The notes under the pieces are model-generated. The model ran no database searches and was not told the origin of the DNA. It saw only the letters and a program-made list of their open reading frames with translations. The translations under genes were made by a program, and so were the position numbers. Positions 11,379 to 24,590 of a stretch of 64,000 nt of DNA are shown here, in pieces (the stretch's first letter is position 1; each line of letters begins with the position of its first letter). The stretch spans positions 1,364,001-1,428,000 of the forward strand of contig MU008163.1 in the NCBI GenBank assembly GCA_010909165.1, in the 5' to 3' direction. This DNA is from Anthoceros angustus (lineage: Eukaryota; Plantae; Anthocerotophyta).

Positions 11379-14300
11379 TGTTTCTTGCTACCGCCTATTC
11401 CAACTCAATGGGATCGTGGCTAGAGCCCCTTGTGTGCTCCTTTGTTGGCTGTTCATCCCCTGAGAATAGTCCCGGCCCTCTTGGCCACGAGGCATATCCT
11501 CTACACATGCCTCCCTTACCTGCGGGAGGAGGATTTCACCCTCTAGCCCCTTGATCTCCAACTTTGGGGCTGGACTCCCCCATACTCTACCAATCCGCCA
11601 TGGGCGCCATCCCCCATGGCTACATCTCCTCTAGGAGTAGAGGCGTCAGCCTCCCCAACTCCCGCAGCGCCTTCCACCACCTCCGTCGCAACTCTCCTTA
11701 CAGGAGTAGGGCTACTCCCTACGCCGGTAGGTACCCTACCTACATCGCCAGGTCCCTCACCTACCATCACTTCCGGGTGTCTTTCTCCGACAAGATCTTT
11801 GGGGCTGGGAGCACCACTTGGGGCTCCTTATCCTGTGCTTCCCTCATCATCAAAACCTCTTCCCACTCCGATTCCTCGAGTCATCTCCACTTCCCTCGTC
11901 CTCAAAGTCTAAGGCCCTTGGCTCCACTTTCATAAGCTCCCTCCTGTCATCATCGTGGGGTCCCAACAATCTTCTCTTAATGAGGCGTGCTACCTCATTC
12001 TTGGCCTTGACAACCTTATTATGAAGGGTTGCCCCAACCTCTTATATTGCATCTCTAGTTCATCCGACTCCTTAGGCCATTCCCTTCTTTGCACCTACCC
12101 TTGTAGGCATTCCGCTCCAACGTCGGCTCTCCCACACGGAGGTGTAGAGCTACGTTCTCCACCGTGGCACCGTGAAGCTGCTGTGCCATCTTCTTTTGTA
12201 GGGCATAGTCCGCCTCGAATCTCCTCTTCCAATGACTAGCATTTGGTGCACCATGCCCTCCGCTTTCCTCTTCTCTCCTTCAGCCTTCACCTGTGGTTTT
12301 CGGCCTCCCATGATTTCTGAGCTCGTTCTAATTCCCTTTCCTTCTTCCCCAAACTACGGCGAGTTTCCATAAATCATCTTGGACACACCTACCTCCCATC
12401 GTAGGGTGTCCCTTTCTCTCCAATTCACTCACCTTGAGAGCAAGTGCTTGCTCGCCGCCCTTTGCTCTTTGGCCTTGCTCTCACTCTCTTTGGTCAGTAA
12501 GAGCTATTTCTAGTCTCCACTTTTGTGGTAGCCTCTTTAAACTTCGCATCCATTCCTCTCTCGCATCAATAGTCTTGAATGTGGCACTCAATCTATCCAC
12601 TTGCTCCCTCGGTCCTCGACCTCTGTTTGGATCCGTCGGCCTCCCCAACTCCAGCGCCTTCCACCACCTCGTCGCAACTCTCCTTACGGAGTAGGGCTAC
12701 TCACGCCGTGGGTACCCTACCTACATCGCTGTGTCCCTCACCTACCATCACTTGTGTCTTTCTCCGACAAGATCTTTGTGGGAGCACCACTTGGGGCTCC
12801 CTTATCCTGTGCTTCCCTCATCATCAAAACCTCTTCCCACTCCGATTCCTCGGAGTCATCTCCACTTCCCTCTTCTTCAAAGTCTAAGGCCCTCGGCTCC
12901 ACTTTCATAAGCTCCTTCCTGTCATCATCATGGGGCCCTAGCAGCCTTCTCTTAATGAGGCGTGCTACCTCGTTCTTGGCCTTGATAACCTTATTATGAA
13001 GGCTGACCCCCAACCTCTGATATTGCATCTCCAGCTCGTCTAGCTCTTTAGGCCATTCCCCTTCTTTGCACCTACCCTTGTAGGCATTCCGCTCAACGTC
13101 GGCTCTCCCACACGGAGGTGTAGAGCTACGTTCTCCACTGGCACCGTGAAGTGCTGTGCCATCTTCTTTTGTAGGGCATAGTCCGCCTCGAATCTCCTCT
13201 TCGAATGACTAGCATTTGGTGCACCATGCCCTCCGCTTTCCTCTTCTCTCCTTCAGCCTTCACCCACATGGTTTTCGGCCTCCCATGATTTCTGAGCTCG
13301 TTCTAATTCCCTTTCCTTCTTCCCCAAACTACGGCGAGTTTCCATAAATCATCTTGGACACACCCTACCTCCCATCGTAGGGTGTCCCTTTCTCTCCAAT
13401 TCACTCACCTTGAGAGCAAGTGCTTGCTCTCACTCTCTTTGGCTGTAAGAGCTATTTCTAGTCTCCACTTTTGTGGTAGCCTCTTCGCTTGCATCCATTC
13501 CTCTCTCGCATCAATAGTCTTGACAATGTGGCACTCAATCTATCCACTTGCTCCCTCGGTCCTCGACCTCTGTTTGGATCCGTCGGCCTCCACATGCCCA
13601 AAGCCCTCATTCTTTCTTCCAACTCCAACAACTTTGCCTCGGCCCTTGCAACTTCTTTGCTCCTAGCCTCTCCTTCTCGTGTTGCCTCTCGGGCCTTACT
13701 TGCCCTCAACTCTTCACAGCTTTCCACCAAGATACCAGCCATCCTTGTGGCTTCCTTCACATCCACCTGCTCAAACGCCCACATAGCCGGACTAACTCCC
13801 CTAGCACTCCTAGTTCAGCCTCATGGCATGTGCTCCTATTATTCCATAACCCATGGAACCACATCCCCTACCATGGTTCCATCCGACTAGCCCCTCTAGG
13901 ATCCAGCCTCCTCCTAGGCACCGCCTTAGCATGTCCGCCCGTACTTGTCCCGGTGCCTCACCCACCGTGTAGGGACCTCTGTCGGCCTCCTTCTCTTGGT
14001 GCCCGTTTGCACCTATCTCCGTAGATCCCCGACTTACATCCGTAGGGATCTCCTAAGAACACCTTTCTCCTCTTCCATGTCGAGGTTTTGGCCCTCCTCC
14101 GGCATAGGGGCCTCTTCCTCCCTCACGGGATTTCTCCTTCTACCTTCATTCGCCTGCGACGATTCGGCTCCTCATCAAGGTTTATCTCCAACTCCTCTTC
14201 CTCTTCTTCATCATAGACTCGGACTTGGGTCCCTTTCCTAGCCTCTCCCAACTGCTCTATCGACCTAAAGGGCCTTCTCATGGCAAGAGGGGTGGGCACC

Positions 14301-15090
14301 TCCTCCGTAGGCACCAACTCTACCATATCAAAGGGCGCCCACGAGTCGGACAATTCCTCAACACTCAATAACCCCTCCACTCCCCACAACTGGACCAAGT
14401 AAGTGGACAAGTAGCATAGCCTGGGAGACTCCGCATCATGGCTGTTAGGCTTCAAAATCTTCTCCCTATGATAGACGTAAGCATTGTACATAATATTCCC
14501 CCAGTTCGGCTTCGCACCCTGTGACACTTTCCACACAAAAACCAGCAAGGCATCGCTAAAGTAGGTCTTCCGCTGATGATTAATAAGACCGATGACCACT
14601 TTGGCGAAGGTTCGCCACTTGAATTCCTTGATGGCCACTGTGGGCCAGCCATTCTTCGTTTTGCACTCTCCCCGTGTAACATGGTGGCCCTTCCTAAGTG
14701 AAATGGGAGCCATCTTCTTCCCATCCTTAGCCTTTTCGTTATCACAATCCCATCTCCCTCTTGGTAGGTCGCCCATAAACGCCTTATACTCGAACCGCCC
14801 AAAGACTGGGTCCGTTCTCGCGTTCCGCTCTGGAAGGGCTGCCAATTGCCTTGGAGTCCGGCAGAGGCTCACATAGCACTTCTCCACAAGCTTGAGATTG
14901 TCAGAGGCCCAATGGCGGCCATATGCCCACCGGAGTCAGATGTTCTCCTCGCCCATACCGAAAATCAACGGATCCTGTGAGCACACTTGGCCCACAAAAC
15001 ACTCAAACATAGGCATGTTGATTTGGCGGATCCTCGGCGTGGCCTCTCTTCTTCTTCTCTTCCCTTTGTTAGGGGTAGGTGTCTTCCCAT
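11379..15090 (-). pseudogene. Family C long ORF (conserved domain, coiled coil, acidic tracts), interrupted near its 3' end by Copia-1
   Basis: MGKTPTPNKGKRRRREAT start (clean in ORF 50348..50728); KNGWPT...LLVFVWKVSQGAKPNWGNIMY...YLSTYLVQLW..EGLL...SWAP (14123..14887); coiled coil EELRASKAREATREGEARSKEVARAEAKLLELEERMRAL (13458..13784). Confidence 0.75.
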
Positions 15091-15556
15091 GGCTCCTTCC
15101 AACTTGGTTGCACGAGAGGAGATGAGAGGTGTACTCCTTCTTCCTTTTCTCGGTCCTTAGCCCACCCACGCGTTTACCGGCAACCTATGACCGTAGGTTG
15201 CTCCTCTCAACACAATCTCTAAGGCCCTTTTGCTTCCTTCCCAAATTGCCACAGTTCTCACAATCTTGAGCTTATGATGGAGCTCCTCCTTCTAGTAGCT
15301 CGCAACCCTCTAGCTCACATGCACTTGTCACGGTGTAATCATTCGGCTACCTTGTCTTAAGTAGGGAACACAAGCTTGTTAAGGAAGGAGATGGAGGGTG
15401 GCTGCCAAGTTTGGGAAGGTATACTACTGCCACCACTGTTGATGTCTGCACGTGGCGCCATCTCCACCGCTAAACTTTTAAGTAACTTCCCCAAGTATAC
15501 CTAGGGCTCTTATTCTCGCTACTTAAACTAGGGGTTCAACATTAATTACTAATTCC

Positions 15557-15640
15557 ACATATGCACATATGGGTATATGCACATATGCACATTCCACATG
15601 CACATATGCATTCCATACATGGGTATATGCACATATATAG
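15557..15640. repeat. ATATGCAC/CACATATG short-motif array upstream of the family C ORF
   Basis: cacatatgcacatatgggtatatgcacatatgcacattccacatgcacatatgc...; also at ~35546-35630 and ~51178-51260. Confidence 0.8.
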
Positions 15641-18479
15641 CATAAAAGAATTCTACAAAATGGCTCCGCTCCATGTAAGGCATCCACCTACTTTGGTAGG
15701 TCCTCATACCTACGGTCACGGTCACGATTTACCCTACCGCTAAACTCTTGATTCTGCGAAACTCCCGAATTCCTTCTCTTGTTCCTAACTTCCCTAGATG
15801 GCTCAAAAGAAATACTCGTTACTCCTTGCTCTTCATTTTGAACCAAGATCGAACAAAATGATCCAAAGCGGATCAAAATGACAAAGGGCCCAAAGTTTTC
15901 CATTCCACGGTGAAGATAATCAACTGGCCACGATATCATGTTCGCATGTCCATGTTTGTCCCATGCAAGCATTTCTGTTAGAAAACGGATGCAATAAGAG
16001 GAATGGCAAATAAGTTTGCGCACCCAACGTGACAGTGTGCAAGTTTGTTTGTGCAAAATGAGCAAGAAGATCCACATGCACAAACATGTTTACGTACTCG
16101 GGGGCGAGAAGGCCCAGGAAATGCGCGCACATTGGGGCAAGGGGGCCATGGTGCGTGGACAAATGCATGCACCCGGGGGCAAGGAGGCCCTGATGCGAGC
16201 ACCTAGGGAGCAGGGGGCTTGGTACACGCACTTGTGCATGCACCTAGGGTCAAGAAGGCCCTAGGGACATGAACCCATATGGTTAATGCCTCTTGGTGCA
16301 TTCCCACATGGTTCATTTCCAAAAAAAATGAGTGAAAAATCTAAAATAATACGGAAAAAAAATCCAATTTTTTGAGGCAACTGCACACACTTGCTCTAAA
16401 AGTTTGGCATTTTTTGGTATTTTTTTCATGTTTTTGTAGGTTTTAGTGTTCCTTTTGGCATTTTCAACCCTTTTTTTGTACCTCCCTAATCTGAATATGT
16501 CCTCATCTTGATTTAGCTCTCATCTTTTTTCTAGTGATCAAAACTAGTGGTGAGAACTTTTTGCATATTTTCAATCTTGAGACGTTTGGTGTAGGCCCAG
16601 CTCCAAGTGCAAACCATACCAATCTCATTCTCGCACTATACACCGATTAAGAGCATCAAGTAAATGAAGATATTATCGCCCCAACGTCTGAAAAACAAAG
16701 TCCTGTAGAATTCCCAGAGCGAGAGTATAATCTTAGGGAGTCATGGTAATGAGTTTAAGGTATGACCTATAATAACAGTAAAAAGATTATGGAAAAACAC
16801 CAATTATAGTAACTCACAGATTTGAATAGATTTATTGAGGCGAAGAACTCACGTTCACCCACTAGCAAGAAGTAAAGCGACATTTGGCAAAGCAATTTGA
16901 GCAAATTGCGGAGGAGGGTATATTCCTTTCTCGATTTCCAACATACCCACATATTGGTCGGAAGAAACTTGAAATCTCCACTCTGCAACTCTTATGTTGG
17001 TTGCCAAATCCCAACCACATTAGGTGTCCTTCTTCCCTCACAATTTCCACACGCCCACCACGTCCTAACCCTCGCCTTTCTACCTCGGCTCTTGCACCCT
17101 TGCCTTCCTAGCGCAAATCTCCACTCCTGACTTGAAGGAGGATTTCTCCAAGAGCGTTCACGGGCTCTTACACCTCCCCAACAAATTGAGGGTCCTTTCT
17201 CCAATCCCTTCTCAATCGCCACGCCCACTCTTCCCAACACTCATCCAAGCTTGGGCAGCGTTGCTGCTTCGACAACCGGGCTCCTTCCTTTCTCTTTCTT
17301 CTTCCGCACCTTTACTTTGCCTCTTGCTTATTTCTCCTCTGTCTAGCTTGCACCCCTTCTCCGGCTCTTGCACCCTTGCCTTCCTAGCGCAAATCTCCAC
17401 TCACTGTGACTTGAAGGAGGATTTCTCCAAGAGCGTTCACGGGCTCTTACACCTCCCCAACAAATTGAGGGTCCTTTCTCCAATCCCTTCTCAATCCTGC
17501 CACGCCCACTCTTCCCAACACTCATCCAAGCTTGGGCGTTGCACCCCTTCGACAATGGGCTCCTTCCTTTCTCTTTCTTCTTCGGCACCTTTACTTTGCT
17601 TCTTGCTTATTTCTCCTCTGTGTCTAGCTTGCACCCCTTCTCGGCTGCAGTGCGTGCACGTAGCGATCTTTGTGTGGGATCTTCTACAGCTCTTGGCCCA
17701 AAATTGGCCTCTAATTGCACGATTTCTTATTTCGGCTTATTCACCTAATCCATTCAAAGAAACATATAGCTATCCTATTCGCCTTGACCTTGTACTTCCT
17801 ACCACGGTGAGTTATCACCTACGGTGGTCACTACGGTAGGTCTCTTGCCTACGGTGGTGGTGACTCGCCTACCACGGTGGGTATCTCACCACTTGCAGAG
17901 CCTTACCTACCGAGTAGGTGACCCCCTACCGCTCACATTTATCACCTACTCTCCTTACCACAAGGTTGTTTTGACCTGTTTCTTCTTCCTAAGTATCCTC
18001 CCTACCTTCCTTATAGTATCCTATAACTCCAACTTCAAAAGAACCAAAAAAGTTATAGTATGTTTCCTCCATACCATTTCTAACCAAAAGTAGTTGGACC
18101 TGTTCCAAAACAAACTCACTTGATCCAAGTTCAGAAAGTTAAAAGTAATTTCGTGTTTCCATGTCCGTGAAGTGACGCCTTCAAAAGTTTTAAATGAAGG
18201 AAGATTGAAAACCAAGGATCACTTATATGGAAATGATGATATTTTGTAGCAAAAGTTTTAAATTTTATAGTAGAGGGTCATATATAGTGTTAGTAAAGGG
18301 TAGAAGTTTCTTGAATGTTGATGAAAAGTGATCAATGTTATTGAGTTAAGGACCCCAGTATACGTTTTGTATAGTCATCACTTCTTTCATTATTTTGCCA
18401 TGTCTAATTTTGTATTACTTTATGTTGGGTTACTTGCTCCTCAACTAAGTTCTCTTTAAGTGGGAGCTTTTTAATGGTG

Positions 18480-18829
18480 ATTAATTACTTTAAGTGTTTT
18501 TTACTTAATGCTTTTAAGTAAATCTTAGTTAAGAGCTAGTTTTTGCTAGACTAGTTTTCTTGACCCTTTTGGTCGAAAATCACCCCTAGTTCATAGTGAG
18601 TGGGAGTGATAAAATAGCTTACTATTAAGGCACTCTTCACTAGGGCACCTAGGACTTAATAATTTATTTAGTCCTTAGAGCACTATGTAATTTCTTCTAG
18701 TAGTTATTTAATTAGTTAGTTGTTACAACCACTTGATAGTTACAACAACCTTGCCTACATAAAGGCATGTACTTCCTATGATGAATCAATGCAACACATA
18801 TTGCTTGAGCTAGTGTATGATTCTCATCA
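18480..18829 (+). mobile_element. Diverged LTR fragment related to the Copia-2 LTR (3' end, plus orientation)
   Basis: Ends GATTCTCATCA like the Copia-2 LTR and shares TTCATAGTGAGTGGGAGTGAT and TTAGTTGTTACAAC with its reverse complement; copy ends ~54128; 5' end not defined. Confidence 0.65.
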
Positions 18830-19581
18830 CTCCCCTCCATGACATCTCCAACATAGTGTTACCGGATTTCAATGTATTTTGTGCGGGCATGAGATTTGGG
18901 ATTTGCCTCAAGAGCTAGAGTGACATATTGTCAAAGGTAATTTAGGTGACTACTACTCCTGGTCAAGATCCTTGAGGAAGCTACGCTCCCACTCTGCCTT
19001 CTTTGAGGCGTCGCTCAGAGCTTTATACTTTGCCTATGTGGAGGAAAGAGCTATGGAGATTGCTTTTTAAATGACCAATTCACCATGGCTGAGGAAAGAA
19101 CAGCGTATGGGTAGAAATGGGTTTCTCCGACAAAAAGGGGTTATGGCTAAAATCCCGTCTTTTTTTGGGCGAAAACGCGTGTTTGCTTTTTCCTAGGCTT
19201 TTTTTGAGGGGTTTTGCTAATTTAAATGTGGTGTTCAAACCTATGGCATCACATCTTGCATGTTCATTTGGTCACAATGTGCCACATCCATGGTTGGGCA
19301 CCGCGATTTTGATGGGGTGATGTGGTGGGAGGAAGACCTCGGGCCCCCAAGACTACTCTCTAGTGGCCACATTTATCCCACTATCATTGAGCACAAAAGG
19401 CTTTGTCCCATGAGACTTACATTTAATAAGAAACCAGCTTCTAGGGCACGAGCACACTCCTTCTCACACACCCAAACCCCTCAAACAACTAGGGTCACCA
19501 CAACTCACTCTCAAGCAAGAGCCACGCCCCCTCGCACCTGGTCCGCCAACAGATAACGGCATACGCTACTACCATTGTAGG

Positions 19582-22500
19582 TGTGGCGCGACTTTCGATG
19601 GCCAGTAGGCGCCATCCGTGTCGTTGTAGGAAGAAGTCCGCTCCCAAGGGAATGATAGGCTCCGCTGCTGCTTCGTGATTCCTACCGCACTTAGCGCCTG
19701 CTCACCCCAACGCACACATACTCCTAACTACTCAACGCTCACCGTGACAGCCCGTGATGGCTAAACGCTTAGGGACCTGTCAAGGCCAGATCGCTCACAT
19801 TCACACACACATCCACCCTTCCTCTCTCCTCACGCTACACTCATCGCCTTAGAAAAGACGCTGGTTACACAACCCCGACCTCCTCCGCTCGCTGGCCTCT
19901 CCGTCCGGCTCAGACGCCTCCCGAGTTCCTCCGCCTCCTCACGCCACACCGTCGGCCGGGTCGCGGCTCCGGACGAGCACGGGTCACCACCCTTCCCCGC
20001 ACACACCACAACACGCTAGGTCCGCCACTGTGACCGATCAATCTCCCCGAGCCGCCGTGCTCGCTGACTCAGACTCACGTTAGCAAGAAGACACACAAAG
20101 GTCTCGCAAGAACGCGATCAACACCAAGAGAAAGATGATTTATTGAGCGGCCTTAGCCCTCTTATACTACGCCAAGGTCGCCTTTATTACACCTCTATTC
20201 GAGCCGAGGGCCACCTGGTGCCTAACCACCGCCTACTACCCCGCTTATTCCGCCTATCGCTTGGGGCCGGGATGGCCCTCATTCCTTCTTGGCACCGGCG
20301 GCCCAAAGCCGAGCTCGTCGCGCACCCAATCGGATGATCCGCGAGGCGGACCCTTCCTCTTCCCGAGGGTCTGCCAGCGCGCCACCGGCGGCCTCGACAA
20401 CGGCCACCACCAAGTCTTCCTCGCCTCCCTCTTCTCTCTCCGGCCTCGCGCAAGGGCCTCCAAGGGCCGGATCCGGGCTGGTGGACCGTGGCTCTCCCCA
20501 CTCCCGAGTTTGGACCTCGTGACTGCCTCGACCGAGTCCGGACCTCTAGGTCCGGCCTTCCTCCGGGTCCGGCCTCCGGCCCGGCCGAGTCCGGCCCCTG
20601 GGACCGGATTGCCTGGGTCCGGCCTCGACCCAACCCTTCCTCGGGTCCGGACTGTGGTCCGGACTGTGGTCCGGACTACCAGAGTCCTGGATCCCTAAGT
20701 CCGGACCTCGGGGTCGGACCTCGGGATCCGGCCTTTCCTCGAGTCGGGACAAAGTCCGACCTCGTGCCTCGGGCATGCCTCCTCACCGGCTGGTCACGGG
20801 TTCATCCACCGAGCCTCCTTGGTTCCCGAATGCCCGGTTGCACCCTTTCCTTCCTCTCCAAGATCCTCCCTCGTCCTTCCATGCGAGGGTGCCGAGGCTT
20901 ACCTCCTGTGGCGCCTTCCTCCTCCGCCTCCCCGCTTCCTCCTCGCCACTGCCACACAAACAGCCCTAGGACTCCTGCCAGGCTGCCCCGGTCCGCCCTC
21001 TCTCGCCCTTCCATCCTTCCGAAGTCCACCTCCGCCTAGGGTGGCGCAGACCTCCAGAGCCTTGAGGAGCTCTGGTAGGCGGTCGGAATCGACTTGTCAA
21101 TCGCCTCCTCCACATGAGCCCGAGCACCTGACTTCTCCTCCTCGGAGGTGCTCCAGAATCGAGCAGATCGCCCACCACCGCCTGCCTCGGGCTGCTTACC
21201 ATGAGGCGGGCGGACTTGAGGCCGCCAAGGCCGCCTCCTACTCTTGCAACCTTCGCCGCCGACGCTCTCCTCCTCCTCCGGTTCCTCCGCCCGCTTATGG
21301 GCCATGGAGCCGAGCTCCCTTCGCCTCGCAACCGGACGAGCAATCGACCTTCCTCCAAAGGCTTTCTTCCCCTCGTCTATTCTTTCCCGAGGTCCTCCAC
21401 TTCCTTCTCCAGGCGGGCGGTATCCCGTCAGGCTCACGGCTTCCGCCACATCCCGCCGCAACCTTGCGACGCCGAACTCCTTGCCGCCTATTCTCCTCCG
21501 TCTTCAAGCGGAGCTGGAGGCCCACCTCTCGCTCGAAGTCTTGGATTCTCTCTGAGAACCCCCGCCGCCTGATGCATCTTGGAGTTGCAACCCAAGGTGT
21601 CCTTGTCCTCCAGCCTCCGCCGCCTTCTTCTACCTCCCGCACTGCACTCGAGGTCCCCAATCTCCCGTGCTGGCCTCCGATGCCTCCTCACGGCTCGGCC
21701 GTGCTTGCTCCATGACCACTTGCTCGGCCTTCGATTGGCCGGCCTGCCGCCTCCACCGGCCCGATCACGGAGTGATCGCGATCGGCCGCCGTGGCCTCCG
21801 CCTCCTGGCCACCTTCACCGAGCCTCCTTGGCTCGTCCGCCTGGCCCAGATCCCGCCTGCCTCGCTTGCGCCCAAGGCCCTTCGCCTCGCCCGCCTCGCA
21901 GAGGTCCTCCGCCCGCTGGCCTCCTGGCCTCCGCCTCCTCCTCCACTGAAGGAATTTGGTCCGGTCCTTGCGGATGGACGGACCTCCCTCTCCGCCTCGG
22001 CGTTTTCCTTCCTCAATCCCGCCGAGAGCTTCCTTCCTTCTCGCCTCCTGGCTCCTCCAACCGCCTCCGGAGGAGTACCATGCGCCCGGTGGCTTCCACC
22101 TCCGGGCCTTCTCGCCATCCCGCAGATTCTGTGAGCATACCGGCCCATGACGGTAGCTGTGACCCTGTGTTTCCTCCACGGCCGCCGTGAGGCTCCCACA
22201 AAGTCCGTGGCGGGCGGCATCTCACAGTCCGTCAAGGACCTCCATACCGCAGCCGAGTAAGTCCGACTGGGTTCTCCGACCCAATCAGACCCTTAGGTCC
22301 CGAGGCCGAGCTGAGCTTCCTCCTTGGCCCTTTTGGCGCGAGCTCCTTCTCGCCCTTTTCCTCCACAGGGCTCGGCGGAGGTGATGGAGTCCGGAGCACG
22401 CCTTTGCCCCTTCACAGCCGGCGGGACCCGGCTCTGGATCGGTGCTGCCGGTGTCCTCCTGCTCACAGGCGTCCTTCGCCCCTCCTCTGCTTCCTCGCTT

Positions 22501-24590
22501 CTTGCCACTCGGCGGGGAAGATCTTGCTGGCCGGGGGTGCGTTGGTAGCCGTGGTCTTGCGCCTCCCTCGTCCGGCGGGCTCTCACCGAGTGATGGCCGT
22601 GGCGGGCCGCTGGGGTCGGGCCGCCGGATCGGCTGCCTGGTTGGGGCACCAAGGAGGAGGCGGAATTGCTTCCCATACTGGGTGGTGAGGGGTCCGCGTG
22701 CGATGGAGTCCGAATCCTCCCGCCTCCTCCCGAGTCCGCTTGGTTTTCACGACTGCCTCCTCCGGCCTTGCCCGCCTCCACTTCCGGAGGGCCTCCAGCC
22801 TTTTCCGAGCGCCGCCAAGCTCTCCTTCCCGAGGAGTTCAAATGCCCCCATACATGGATCGTATGGGGATGCCCCATGGAAGGCTTCGCCCCGAGCTATG
22901 AGCCTCGCTAAACCGGGCGAAGATAATCCTTCCTCCCGCCTCTTCCCCGGCTGCAGCAGAACACTAGATTATCACCAAGGTGATCCACCTTGGTGAGTAG
23001 GTTCCAGTGACAATGATCCGCCACCGCCTCGACTCGACCGTCCAATGTGCCTGACATCGCCCAACCACAGTGGTCCGCTGGCCCTGTGCCTTAGCATCGC
23101 CGTGGTCGGCCCTATCTTCCCTTCGCCTTGAGGGGCCCGCACCACTCCCTCTTCCTCCTTGGGCGGTAGGCCGCCTCAGACCTCCAAGGTCCATCGCCTT
23201 GGGTCCTCCGGAGGTTCTTGACCGCACCTCCTTATTGACCGCCAAGATCTTCCGCAAACTCCCGACCAGAGTGACATCAAATGTCCGCCATTTGGAACAC
23301 ATCCAAATGCCACTCCCGCACCACTCCGCCTCGGAGCGAGCCCAAAGTCCGGATAGCGCCGGTCACAATGTTGCGCCCACAAGGTTCCATGGCTCCCAAA
23401 CTTCCGCTGGCTTTTGGGTGCCATCGCCTTCTCCTCCTTGGTTGCGGTAGCCGCTTGTAGAGGCTGGCAGCGCGTTGCGCCTTCTTCCTCCGCTGCAAGG
23501 TGAACACATTAGATTATCACCAAGGTGATCCACCTTGGTGAGTAGGTTCCAGTGAATGATCCGCCACCGCCTCGACTCGACCGTCCAACAGTGCCTGGAT
23601 ATCGCCCAACCACAGGTCCGCTGCCCTGTGCCTTAGCATCGCCGTGGTCGGCCCTATCTTCCCTTCGAGGGGCCCGCACCACTCTTCCTCCTTGGGCGGT
23701 AGGCCGCCTCAGACCTCCAAGGTCCATCGCCTTGGTCCTTGAGGTTCTTGACCGCACCTCCTTGACCGCCAAGATCTTCCGCAAACTCCCGACCAGAGTG
23801 ACATCACAAATGTCCGCACCATTTGAACACATCCAAATGCCACTCCCGCACTAATTCTCCGCCTCGGAGCGAGCCCAAAGTCCGGATAGCGCCGGTCACA
23901 ATGTTGCGCCCACAAGGTTCCATGGCTCCCAAACTTCCGCTGGCTTTTGGGTGCCATCGCCTTCTCCTCCTTGGAGCCGCTTGTCTGAGACCGGGCACGT
24001 TGCGCCTTCGCCGCTGCTCACGCCCGACCAACGGTGAGCCGTGCAAGACGCCCGAGTGTCCCACGAGATACCGCCAGAGCCGGATCATGAGCGCAAGAGA
24101 TCGCGAGAATTGTCTCGAGGTCACAACAAATGACCTTCTTCCGCGACCACGCCGGAGTAACCGTGAGGGCGCCTCTTCCACATGCTGGCCGAGTGCATGG
24201 CTTACTCCCCACGCCACAGACTGGCCTTACCCCACTGCTGCCCTACGCCAGCGCGTGAATACCGCTATAACGGCCTCGCAAGGTTACGGCCCCGACTCAC
24301 GCATGCCCGCCCCTCCACTGTGGTCGCCCACGCCGCGCTTAGTCCGTCCTTACGCCCAACTTCTAAGTTACTTTCATGATTTATCCCGCCTCGGTCCCGG
24401 AGTGGGTCGGACTTACCCGTTACCTTGTCGCCGCCATCGAGGTCTAAGTACCTCACTCCGAGTCAGTATACTCCGAGTGCCCCGAGTGCTAACCGGCTTA
24501 TTTCCTCCTTTTCGCCTCATTTTATCCTTCGCTCCCACAAAAACAAAATCCTACCTAATTTCTAACCCCTGTGGAAGTCCGTAGTCCACG
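19582..24590 (-). mobile_element. Solo LTR of Gypsy family A (diverged subfamily), 5009 bp, with 5-bp TSD GTAGG
   Basis: GTAGG at 19577-19581 and 24591-24595; termini TGTGG.../...GTCCACG; the empty site ACCATTGTAGGTCTACA is seen at ~54845 and ~55967; no pol, PBS or PPT inside. Confidence 0.92.
21036..23957 (-). pseudogene. LTR-internal ORF in the family A solo LTR (frameshifted, N-terminal part duplicated)
   Basis: MAPK...EVWEPWNLVGRNIVT, RKILAVNKEVRSR, DPRRWTLEV, SPRWITLV, IHVWG, GIEEGKRR, HVEEAIDKSIPTAYQSSSRL all match peptides in 2388-5096. Confidence 0.7.

Larger units (their letters stand above)
11379..18100 (-). mobile_element. Family C giant LTR-like sequence, ORF-bearing part (copy 1); right boundary approximate
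   Basis: Repeated at 31500-38069 and 49611-53400. The minus strand near 18000-18100 resembles the family A LTR start (GGTTAGAAAT...T-rich...GGAGGA), but no TGTGG start was located. Confidence 0.55.

Noticed and set aside
17951-17960. CCTTACCACA as the 5' terminus of the family C LTR
   Set aside because: Its flank (AGGTT) does not match the flank at 19316-19320 (GGTGA), and LTR-start-like sequence continues to ~18100, so the terminus is left undefined.
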